A DNA stretch of 64,000 nt from Myxococcota bacterium. GTDB taxonomy: Bacteria; Myxococcota_A; SURF-8. The notes under the pieces were generated by a model, which was not told the DNA's origin, did not search any database, and saw only the letters and a program-made list of their open reading frames with translations. Below, in pieces: positions 46,260 to 54,853 of the stretch (positions within the stretch are counted from its first letter, which is position 1; every line of letters starts with the position of its first letter). Made by a program: the position numbers and the translations under genes. The stretch spans positions 2,976,001-3,040,000 of the forward strand of contig OZ223209.1 of assembly GCA_965140415.1 (NCBI GenBank). Reading direction: 5' to 3'.

Positions 46260-48086
46260 ATGAGTGATTCCGATCGTTTGATGACGGCGGCAGATGTCGA
46301 AGGCATGAGTCCGGAAGAAAAGGAACTCTACTGGTACAAGCATGTCTATCGCGGCGATTCCATGAAGCAGTTGACGTGGCGGGCCGTTCTTATGGGTGCT
46401 GTTTTGGGTTCGTTCATGTCGCTGTCGAACCTGTATATTGGTTTGAAGACTGGTTGGGGACTGGGGGTGGCGATCACCGCCTGTATTCTGTCCTACGCGA
46501 TCTGGAGTTCCTTGCATAAAGTCGGCATCGTCAAAGAGAAAATGACGATACTGGAAAACAATTGTATGCAGTCTACTGCCAGTGCTGCGGGATACTCCAC
46601 CGGTGGGACGCTGGTTTCCGCCATTGCGGCTTATATGCTGGTCAATGGAGAACCGGTCACGACCGGAGTCTTGATGGCCTGGGTTTTTTTCCTGGCGATT
46701 TTAGGCGTAACAATGGCTGTGCCTATGAAACGCCAGATGATCAACGTCGAACAGTTGAAGTTTCCGTCCGGTATTGCAGCGGCTGAAACCTTGAAAGCAT
46801 TGCATGCCGAATCCGGTTCCGGTGTTTCTGCGGCAAAAGCACTGGGAGTCGCCGGTGTGTTTGGTGCGGTTGTTGCGGTAATGCGGGATCTGTTCGAATG
46901 GATTCCCGGCTTGTGGAATGCCTTCGGACGGCGCGCATCGGAATTAACAATCTCCGTTGAATTGTCTCCCATGATGATCGCAGCGGGTGCAATCATGGGG
47001 TTGCGCGTCTGCTGGAGCATGCTATTGGGAGCTTTTTTGAATTATGCCATTCTGGTCCCCTGGATGATGGAACGCGGTGTAATTCAAGGTTACGGCTACC
47101 GGGAAATCGTCAAATGGAGTTTATGGGGTGGAGCTTCGTGCATGGTGGCCAGTGCTCTATTGAGTTTTGGCTTACAGTGGAAAACCGCGCTAAGGGCATT
47201 TTCTGGCATTACCAGCCTGTTTGCCAAAGGTGCCAAGAAAGATGTGGAAAAAGATCCTCTGGCACACATTGAAGTTCCTGGAAGCTGGTACACGGCTGGG
47301 GTCGCTTTCGGTGGCGCCGGTGTTACGGCGATGGTTTTCTATTATTTCCATACACCAATCTGGATGGGCATCCTGGCTGTTATCATGAGTTTCTTTCTTG
47401 CCTTGGTTGCCTGTCGCGTAGCCGGTGAAACAGACACTACCCCGGTGGGGGCAATGGGAAAGATTACGCAGTTGTTCTATGGTGCAATCGCTCCCAAGCA
47501 GATGAACGTCAACCTGATGAGCGCCTGCATCACCGCCGGTGTGGCCGATTCCGCTTCCGATCTGTTGTACGACTTGAAGAGTGGATATCTGCTGGGAGCC
47601 AATGCGCGCAAGCAGTTTCTGGCGCAGTTCGCCGGGATATTCCCTGGAACCATCATTTCGGTTCTGTCGTTTCAATATGTCGTTCACAGCGTGGATGTGC
47701 TGGGCTCGGATAAATTCCCCGCTCCAGCGGCGCAAACTTGGGCAGGTGTGGCGAAATTGCTTGGACAGGGCATGGAGTTTCTCGATCCTACCATGCGCTG
47801 GGCGATCTTGATTGGCGGGCTGGTCGGCATAGCATTGCCGCTATTGGAACGCGCATTTCCCAAAGCGCGCCCTTTCATCCCTTCTGCCATGGGCTTGGGA
47901 CTTTCCTTTACCATTCCATTTTGGAACAGTCTTTCCTTCTTTTTCGGTGGACTGATCGGTTGGATCATCGAGAAGAAACGTCCCAAAGTTGCAGAAGAAT
48001 ACACCATTCCGGTAGCTTCCGGTGTCGTCGCCGGAGAATCTTTAACCGGTGTCGGGGTAACGATTTATCAGAACATGGTGCAGTAA
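46260..48086 (+). CDS. OPT-family oligopeptide / metal-chelate transporter
   Basis: QLT.RA...G..LG......NLY.GLK.G, ENN..Q..ASA, L.FPSG.A.A, DLK.GYLLGA, PAP.A..W, ASG..AGESL.G. Confidence 0.9.
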   Translation: MSDSDRLMTAADVEGMSPEEKELYWYKHVYRGDSMKQLTWRAVLMGAVLGSFMSLSNLYIGLKTGWGLGVAITACILSYAIWSSLHKVGIVKEKMTILENNCMQSTASAAGYSTGGTLVSAIAAYMLVNGEPVTTGVLMAWVFFLAILGVTMAVPMKRQMINVEQLKFPSGIAAAETLKALHAESGSGVSAAKALGVAGVFGAVVAVMRDLFEWIPGLWNAFGRRASELTISVELSPMMIAAGAIMGLRVCWSMLLGAFLNYAILVPWMMERGVIQGYGYREIVKWSLWGGASCMVASALLSFGLQWKTALRAFSGITSLFAKGAKKDVEKDPLAHIEVPGSWYTAGVAFGGAGVTAMVFYYFHTPIWMGILAVIMSFFLALVACRVAGETDTTPVGAMGKITQLFYGAIAPKQMNVNLMSACITAGVADSASDLLYDLKSGYLLGANARKQFLAQFAGIFPGTIISVLSFQYVVHSVDVLGSDKFPAPAAQTWAGVAKLLGQGMEFLDPTMRWAILIGGLVGIALPLLERAFPKARPFIPSAMGLGLSFTIPFWNSLSFFFGGLIGWIIEKKRPKVAEEYTIPVASGVVAGESLTGVGVTIYQNMVQ

Positions 48087-48139
48087 GTTACTCTATGGTG
48101 TCATTTCCCTTTGATGGGTTAGTTTGAAAACGAGAGATC

Positions 48140-50032
48140 ATGCCCGGAAAACGAAAAAAAACGAATCAACCTGGCAAGGGGCGTTCATCGGTTAAAAACA
48201 GTAGCACTCCTTTTCCAAGAACCTCATTTCTACCTGCAACAATGGAAGACGCGCAGAAAAGAGGCTGGGACAAGCTCGACGTCATTCTGGTGACCGGCGA
48301 CGCTCACGTGGATCATCCTTCGTTTCCGGCATCTCTACTTGGCAGAGTCTTGGAGGCGGACGGGGTGCGCGTGGGAATTATCTCCAGACCGGATGTCAGC
48401 AATCCTGAATCTATTGCTGTTTTCGGCTTGCCGCGCTTGTTTTTCGGCGTTACAGCCGGAGCCATGGATTCGATGGTTGCCAATTATACTGCGCTGAAAC
48501 GTCGCCGCTCCGACGACCCTTATGCGCCGGGAGGCAAGGCTGGTGGACGACCAGACCGGGCATTAACCGTTTATTGCAACCTGATTCGCCGTCGTTACGG
48601 AAAAGAAGCGCTTATTATTGGCGGCGGATTGGAAGCCAGTCTTCGTCGTTTCGCCCATTACGATTATTGGAGCGATTCGGTACGGCGTCCGATCTTGATG
48701 GATTGTGGTGCGGATGCTCTGGTGTTCGGCATGGGAGAAGGTCCGGTGCTTTCCATTGCCCACCGCATGGCTGCATTGTTGGATCAGAGAGAAGATTTGG
48801 CTGGTGACAGGGAACTTCAACTGAAAGCCATTCGCGAAGTTTCAGGAGTCGTCTGGCGGCAGCCGAAGTCCATGCCTGAACCGATTAAAGGATTGCATTT
48901 GCCATCCGCAGAGGAAGTGGCAAAGAATCCGGTTGAACATGCCAAAGCCTTTCATTTATTCGAAACTCATCGTGAAGAGTGCATGTGGCAGGAATGTGGC
49001 GGCATGCGTGTCATAGCCAACACTCCTTGGCCATCTCATGATAGTGATACTTTGGACCGGTATGCCGAGCTGCCATTTACACGTTGTGTGCATCCTTCGA
49101 TTGCCGGTCAACCCGTTCCCGCATTGGAGCAGGTGCGATTTTCCATTACCAGCCACCGTGGCTGTGCAGGCGGATGCGCATTTTGTGCCATCAGTGCCCA
49201 CCAGGGGCGCGATATCCAGAATCGGTCGCAGGAATCGATTCAAAGGGAAGCGCGCACCATGGTAAAACATCCCGATTTCCGCGGCGTTATCAACGATTTG
49301 GGCGGTCCAACCGCCAACATGTATGGCGCGAATTGTTCAAGGGACAAAAAGCGGCCTTGTCGGCGTACCTCCTGCCTGTCTCCTTCGATATGTAAAAACT
49401 TACATGCAGACGCTCGTCAGTACCTGGACACCTTAAAGGCGGTAAAACATCTTCCCGGCGTCAACCATTTATTTGTCACCACGGGAATTCGTATGGATCT
49501 GGCTATGCGGTCCAAACAATTGGTCCGAGAACTGGCTTTTACGCATACCAGCGGGCATTTGAAGGTCGCCCCGGAACATACCTGCCCAGAAGTGCTGGCA
49601 TTGATGAGAAAACCGGCAGGAGATGAATTCCAGCGCTTTGTCGAGATGCACCGTGAGCTTTCCGCACAGGTTGGACGAAAGCAGTTCGTTTTGCCCTATC
49701 TGATGGCGGCTCATCCGGGTTCTACGTTGGAGCACATGGTCGATCTGGCGGTCAGTCTGCGACGATTGAATATTCGCGCCGAGCAATGTCAGATCTTTAC
49801 TCCAACGCCGGGAACGGCGGCAACCGTCATGTATGCTACCGGACTGAATCCGGAGACGCTAGAGCCGGTATTCGTTGAAAAAACGGACCGCATGAAGAAA
49901 TTGCAGAAGGCGTTGATTCTCTATCATTTGCCGGAAAGCGCCAATGCCATTCGGGAAGCCTTGAAACTCTGTAAGCGGGAAAAGGATGCTCCGCTGCTAC
50001 TGGCTTCCGTTGTGAAACGAAAACGCTACTGA
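48140..50032 (+). CDS. ygiQ: YgiQ (UPF0313) family radical SAM protein
   Basis: RGWD.LD.ILVTGDA.VDHPSF, G.MDSMV.NYT, GG.EASLRR..HYDYWSD, HRGC.GGC.FC, D.GGPTANMY, LKVAPEH. Confidence 0.9.
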   Translation: MPGKRKKTNQPGKGRSSVKNSSTPFPRTSFLPATMEDAQKRGWDKLDVILVTGDAHVDHPSFPASLLGRVLEADGVRVGIISRPDVSNPESIAVFGLPRLFFGVTAGAMDSMVANYTALKRRRSDDPYAPGGKAGGRPDRALTVYCNLIRRRYGKEALIIGGGLEASLRRFAHYDYWSDSVRRPILMDCGADALVFGMGEGPVLSIAHRMAALLDQREDLAGDRELQLKAIREVSGVVWRQPKSMPEPIKGLHLPSAEEVAKNPVEHAKAFHLFETHREECMWQECGGMRVIANTPWPSHDSDTLDRYAELPFTRCVHPSIAGQPVPALEQVRFSITSHRGCAGGCAFCAISAHQGRDIQNRSQESIQREARTMVKHPDFRGVINDLGGPTANMYGANCSRDKKRPCRRTSCLSPSICKNLHADARQYLDTLKAVKHLPGVNHLFVTTGIRMDLAMRSKQLVRELAFTHTSGHLKVAPEHTCPEVLALMRKPAGDEFQRFVEMHRELSAQVGRKQFVLPYLMAAHPGSTLEHMVDLAVSLRRLNIRAEQCQIFTPTPGTAATVMYATGLNPETLEPVFVEKTDRMKKLQKALILYHLPESANAIREALKLCKREKDAPLLLASVVKRKRY

Positions 50033-50070
50033 TTTCCCGCTTCTCACGGGATTTCTTAAAGTAAAACAAA

Positions 50071-50111
50071 ACGCGCCATGAACCAAGCTTGTTGCTTAAT
50101 CCATGGCGCGT
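50071..50111. terminator. Hairpin between convergent ygiQ and ABC permease, probable terminator
   Basis: acgcgccatg/catggcgcgt stem, with an upstream A-rich run that is the U-tract for the minus strand. Confidence 0.55.
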
Positions 50112-50126
50112 AGTTGAATATTTGCG

Positions 50127-51608
50127 CTAATCTCTGGCGATTTGTTCGACGACATTCATCCGATAGGTAAACAGCATGGCAATCAACGCCAGCAGTTGCC
50201 CTGCAACCAGTGCAACCCATAAACTCATGACTTCCATGCCCGTAACGGTGAACGGTTCGATCGCCACCCCGACCGACTGTCGGATCATCTCCTGGCAGAC
50301 ATAAGCCAGAATATGACCGGAGAATAGTCCGGCCAATGAACCTAAGAGGGTTAACACCAGCGCTTCTATCATGACCGTCAAAGCCAGGGTAAAACGCCCG
50401 ACTCCAAGCATTCGCAGTAAGGCCAGTTCTTTCCTGCGTTCGTTTAAGGACATAACCAATGTAACCAGGATCATTACCAAGGCGATAGCCAGCATACCCA
50501 CGCTGACCATCTCGACGAAGATCTCTCCTTTGTTGATATGATTGACGAATTCACGGATGCTCTTACCCGTGTCTACCGCCAGAGTGCCGTCTCTTAACGT
50601 GTATTCCCGTTCCAGCATTCCGGTATAAGCCGGGTTGGACGTGCGCACCAAAACGGCGGTTAACATGTTGGTAGACAAGCTGTATTTGTCGTGGTGATGA
50701 TGATGGCCTTTGGCTGCTTCGTGTTCGTGTTTGGCTTCGTGAGCGTGCTCGGCTTCGTGAGCTTCTATCACCGGCTCTTCGGGCGTGGCCTGTTGCATGT
50801 TGTGATGATGGTCATCTGTGTCTTGATGCTCGGCATGTTGCTCAGTATGTTGTTCTGCATGGCCATCCTGATGCAGTTCGGCATGATGCTCATGCTGTTT
50901 TATCTCAGCGGGAGCTTTCTCATCTTTCGTGTCGTGATGTTCTCCCGCGTTGTGCGCGTGGGCATGGGAATGCTTTTCGTGGATGTGCCAGACGGATTTG
51001 TAATTTGTAAAGATCGCCGTATCTTCAGGACCACCAGTCGGGTTAAGAATACCGGCGACTTTGTACGTTAATTCAGTATGTTCGTGTGCTCCCATCGAGC
51101 CGACCATGCCATGCTGTCCGTGGAAAGTGTCCCCGATTCGAACATCCGTTCGGGATGCGGCAGCGGCACCGAATACCGCATTTTCAATATTGGAAAGATC
51201 CAACGTTCCGGCGGATGCTCCAACTCCAATGTCTTCCAAAAAGTCCTGGTTTACACCGATAATGCGGATATTCATGTAGGTGTCGGCAACGGCAACCGGG
51301 TAGGCGGAAATAACTCGTTGATCTTCCTTTAGTTCTTCATAGACACTGAACGGGATAGTGCCGCTTGGCTTGTCGATATGGAAAATGGTCGATAAGATCA
51401 ATTGAACGCCGGAAGCACCGGCGGGGCCGACGATCAGCGGGTACCGGATCGAGCCTTCAACGGCAGTCTTTTTTACCGCGAAGTTCACCACACCGACGGC
51501 AACGACGAACGTCAGTGAAATGGCAATTGCAAGGATCGAAATCGTGGTGGCGAAACGTCGATGTGCCAGGTAACGTGAGGCCAGTCGTAACATGGAGGTC
51601 GTTTTCAT
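50127..51608 (-). CDS. MacB/FtsX-like ABC permease with His-rich periplasmic insert
   Basis: N-terminal TM, periplasmic domain, SLNERRKELALLR.LG FtsX motif, three C-terminal TMs; overlaps the ATPase stop. Confidence 0.85.
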   Translation of the reverse strand: MKTTSMLRLASRYLAHRRFATTISILAIAISLTFVVAVGVVNFAVKKTAVEGSIRYPLIVGPAGASGVQLILSTIFHIDKPSGTIPFSVYEELKEDQRVISAYPVAVADTYMNIRIIGVNQDFLEDIGVGASAGTLDLSNIENAVFGAAAASRTDVRIGDTFHGQHGMVGSMGAHEHTELTYKVAGILNPTGGPEDTAIFTNYKSVWHIHEKHSHAHAHNAGEHHDTKDEKAPAEIKQHEHHAELHQDGHAEQHTEQHAEHQDTDDHHHNMQQATPEEPVIEAHEAEHAHEAKHEHEAAKGHHHHHDKYSLSTNMLTAVLVRTSNPAYTGMLEREYTLRDGTLAVDTGKSIREFVNHINKGEIFVEMVSVGMLAIALVMILVTLVMSLNERRKELALLRMLGVGRFTLALTVMIEALVLTLLGSLAGLFSGHILAYVCQEMIRQSVGVAIEPFTVTGMEVMSLWVALVAGQLLALIAMLFTYRMNVVEQIARD

Positions 51609-52282
51609 GCCGCAACCTCCTTTCCATTTAACGTCAGTACCTTATCGAACGTCAGATCCTTCAAAATGGGATCGTGAGTCGCAATCAGTAGAGTCGTTCC
51701 CTGTTCGTGCAACTCCTGAATGGCATGGACGACCGCCTCTGAAGAAACAACGTCCAAACTGGCAGTGGGTTCATCCGCCAGCAATAATAATGGTCGATGT
51801 AGAATCGCGCGAGCGACTGCCACACGCTGCCGCTGTCCGACGGAAAGCTGGTACGGGCGCTTGTCGGCATGCTCGATCAGGCCGAAGCGTGACAGGATCG
51901 CTTTCGCTTTCTGTTCGGTATCCGGCCCGATCGTGCCGTTTAATGCCATGGGCACGGTCAGGTTTTCGAGGATTGTCAATGGAGAGAGCAGATTGAAGCT
52001 TTGGAAGATATAGCCGATATGCTGCGCTCTGAAGCGATCCCGCTGAGATTCAGACAGGTTCGAGATCGCAGTCTTCCCAATGCGAACCATTCCTTCATCA
52101 GGCTTAATAAGGCCGGAAACGATATTCAACAGCGTGGACTTTCCCGCGCCGCTGGGACCGTCGATCAGCGCGATTCCGCCGCTTTTCAGCGAAAGCGAAA
52201 CGTTGTTGATCACAAGCACGTCTTGTCCTTGTGGACTCTTGTACGCTTTCGTGAGCGTTTTCAGTTCAATACTAGCCGTCAT
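51605..52282 (-). CDS. ABC transporter ATP-binding protein (LolD/MacB-like)
   Basis: GPSGAGKST, IGYIFQSFNL, LSVGQRQRVAVARA, LADEPT, THD. Confidence 0.92.
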   Translation of the reverse strand: MTASIELKTLTKAYKSPQGQDVLVINNVSLSLKSGGIALIDGPSGAGKSTLLNIVSGLIKPDEGMVRIGKTAISNLSESQRDRFRAQHIGYIFQSFNLLSPLTILENLTVPMALNGTIGPDTEQKAKAILSRFGLIEHADKRPYQLSVGQRQRVAVARAILHRPLLLLADEPTASLDVVSSEAVVHAIQELHEQGTTLLIATHDPILKDLTFDKVLTLNGKEVAA

Positions 52283-52308
52283 GATAGCGCCTTTCCTGCT
52301 TTAACAAT

Positions 52309-52641
52309 TTATTTCTTATTGCGCTCCAATTGTGCGATTTCAATAGACAGATCGATCCATTCTTCCGTCAAGGATTTGAACCGATTGTAGGTTTCCAGTT
52401 GTGTCTGAACTTCTTCCAAACGATCTTTACGTACGAACTCGGTTTTGCTTTTCCCTTTTCGGGTGTAGCTTAATTGATAATATGGACCGTGTCGCTTTGG
52501 ATTTTCCGGATCTTTGCAGCGACAGGAAGCATTGCCGCAGGTGTTGTACTGTTTGGACAGGCTTCCCGGACGCATATCACCCAACTCAAGCAATTCTTCT
52601 TTTATCTGTTGAATTCGTTTTCGTATGGAAGGGATGCTCAT
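52309..52641 (-). CDS. DUF6788-family protein (usually an IS/transposase accessory ORF)
   Basis: MRPGSLS.QY..CG...CRC.......HGPYY.LS....GK..T..V followed by a coiled coil. Confidence 0.7.
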   Translation of the reverse strand: MSIPSIRKRIQQIKEELLELGDMRPGSLSKQYNTCGNASCRCKDPENPKRHGPYYQLSYTRKGKSKTEFVRKDRLEEVQTQLETYNRFKSLTEEWIDLSIEIAQLERNKK

Positions 52642-52677
52642 CGATATTCCTGTAGAACTGACATGCTATCGGAAACG

Positions 52678-52706
52678 AACGTATCCTTTCCGAAAGAGGT
52701 TGTCAA
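52678..52706 (-). promoter_or_regulatory. Putative sigma70 promoter upstream of DUF6788/ABC genes
   Basis: Minus strand TTGACA-17 nt-TACGTT. Confidence 0.5.
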
Positions 52707-52934
52707 GAACTTCGTTGAGCCAAACTTTAGAAATGAGAGCCTTCCATTTTTGCTTTTTTTCATATCAGTGAGGATGTGATACCTGTAAATACTGCCGTTA
52801 GAATGATGCTTGAATTGTTGACGTTTCCTGTTATAGTCCGTCAGGTTCTTGCAACGTGATAGTTGCTAATCGGTTCTATCGCGTTTATCTCACTCCTATT
52901 CCTGCGGTTTTGATTCTACATCGGAGAGTGATTT

Positions 52935-53846
52935 ATGAAAATGGCGTTTCGTAGTTGGTTTTCTCCAGTTTTACTTGCTGTCCTGTTGATTACAGCAGGC
53001 GTGCCTTACTTATTACCGGACATGTTCAGTCCAACTGTTTCACAATGGGCCGGGTTATTGCTTCCTAATCTTGTTGTCGGAGCAATTGCCGGAATACTTG
53101 CAGGGTTATTGGGAATCGGCGGGGGACTCGTCATTGTTCCCATGCTTGTATTCAGCATGCAATGGCAGGGTATTTCACCGGAATTCATCATGCATCTGGC
53201 GTTAGGTACCTCGATGGCTTCCATCGTGTTTACCTCGGTTTCAAGCTTCATGGCGCATCACAAACGTGGCGCGGTGCGTTGGGATGTCGTTCGGCGCATC
53301 GTGATCGGCATTTTATTGGGAACGTTTGCCGGGACTTTTCTGGCCTCCTCCATGTCCACTGGAGTGCTGAAAGCCTTTTTCGTGATCTTCGTTTACTATG
53401 TCGCAATGCAAATGCTGCTGAATTATCGACCCAAGCCATCTCGTGGCTTGCCTGGCTGGTTGGGTATGTTTGCAACCGGCAATGTCATCGGCGTGGTGAG
53501 CAGCCTGGTCGGCATTGGCGGAGGGACGCTTTCCGTTCCTTTCATGATCTGGTGTAACATTCCGGTGCATACCGCCATCGGAACCTCTGCGGCAATCGGC
53601 TTTCCCATCGCCATCTCAGGGTCGTTGGGATATATCGGTAACGGATTGAATGTACAGGGGCTTCCTGTTGGCTGTTTAGGATATATTTATTTACCGGCGC
53701 TGGTAGGGATCGTCAGTGCCAGCGTTCTGACTGCGCCGCTGGGAGTGCGGCTGGCGCACAGTCTTCCTGTAGATAAACTTAAACGCGTATTCGCGGTATT
53801 GCTGATCATTGTCGGAACGCGCATGTTATATTCACTTTTCACCTGA
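52935..53846 (+). CDS. TauE/SafE-family sulfite exporter
   Basis: Duplicated GLLGIGGG...VP / SLVGIGGG...VP, A.GTS; multiple TMs. Confidence 0.88.
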   Translation: MKMAFRSWFSPVLLAVLLITAGVPYLLPDMFSPTVSQWAGLLLPNLVVGAIAGILAGLLGIGGGLVIVPMLVFSMQWQGISPEFIMHLALGTSMASIVFTSVSSFMAHHKRGAVRWDVVRRIVIGILLGTFAGTFLASSMSTGVLKAFFVIFVYYVAMQMLLNYRPKPSRGLPGWLGMFATGNVIGVVSSLVGIGGGTLSVPFMIWCNIPVHTAIGTSAAIGFPIAISGSLGYIGNGLNVQGLPVGCLGYIYLPALVGIVSASVLTAPLGVRLAHSLPVDKLKRVFAVLLIIVGTRMLYSLFT

Positions 53847-53964
53847 TGGCTCGTACGAGTTCTTTTAGAGTGAAATTCGTTGAAGAAACGATGCCAACGT
53901 GGTAGGTGCGGAATGATTGTTTAAGAAACTGTTGTAAACCGGATGAAATCGCAAGAGAGGATAC

Positions 53965-54846
53965 ATGCGGAAACCGCAGATACTGAGTGACTACCAGCTT
54001 CGAATCGAACAGGTTTTGAAAGAAGCCATTGCAAATTTGACTGGTCCCGAACGTCTGATCGAGGCAATGGGCTACTCGTTATTGGCGGGAGGGAAGCGTT
54101 TGCGCCCCGCATTGTTACTTGCGGTCTGCGATTTGTTCGAAAAACCCGTTGCCGATCCCATGCAAGCTGCTCTGGCATTTGAGTTCATTCATACTTATTC
54201 GCTGATCCACGACGATTTACCCGCGATGGACAACGACGATTTACGTCGTGGTCGCCCCACGAACCATGTGATGTTCGGGGAGGCCATGGCGGTACTTGCC
54301 GGAGATGGATTGCTTACGGAAGCCTTCGGATTGGTGGCGAATCATTACATAGAACCTCATGCTGCGCTGGGAAACCGTTTGCTGCGTGAATTGGTTCTGG
54401 CTGCGGGAGTGGCTGGTATGGTTGGTGGGCAGGGGTTGGATTTACTGGCCACCGGAGAAAAGTTGTCCGTCGATCAGCTACAGCGCATGCATCAATTGAA
54501 AACCGGGGCAATGATTGTTGGTGCGGTTCGTTGCGGTGGGCTGCTTGGAAATGCGAACGAAGAGCAACTTGCCAGTATTACCCGATATGGCGAAAAGATC
54601 GGGTTGGCTTTCCAGGTGGCAGACGATATCCTGGACGTGACCAGCAACAGCCAGGAATTAGGGAAGAGCGTCGGCAAAGACGAAGCTCAGCAAAAGAACA
54701 CCTATGTTTCCTTGCTGGGTTTGGATAAAAGCCGAACCTTGGCGAACGAGCTTATTAGCGATGCCTGCTCGGCATTAGAGCCTTTTGGAGAAAAAGCAGC
54801 CGCGCTTCAGGAATTGGCACGCTTCGTCGTTGAACGGACCTACTAG
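53965..54846 (+). CDS. ispA: Farnesyl/geranylgeranyl diphosphate synthase
   Basis: GGKRLRP, IHTYSLIHDDLPAMDNDDLRRGRPTNH, GM.GGQ..D, KTG, FQVADDILD, GK..GKD. Confidence 0.92.
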   Translation: MRKPQILSDYQLRIEQVLKEAIANLTGPERLIEAMGYSLLAGGKRLRPALLLAVCDLFEKPVADPMQAALAFEFIHTYSLIHDDLPAMDNDDLRRGRPTNHVMFGEAMAVLAGDGLLTEAFGLVANHYIEPHAALGNRLLRELVLAAGVAGMVGGQGLDLLATGEKLSVDQLQRMHQLKTGAMIVGAVRCGGLLGNANEEQLASITRYGEKIGLAFQVADDILDVTSNSQELGKSVGKDEAQQKNTYVSLLGLDKSRTLANELISDACSALEPFGEKAAALQELARFVVERTY

Positions 54847-54853
54847 TCTGAAA

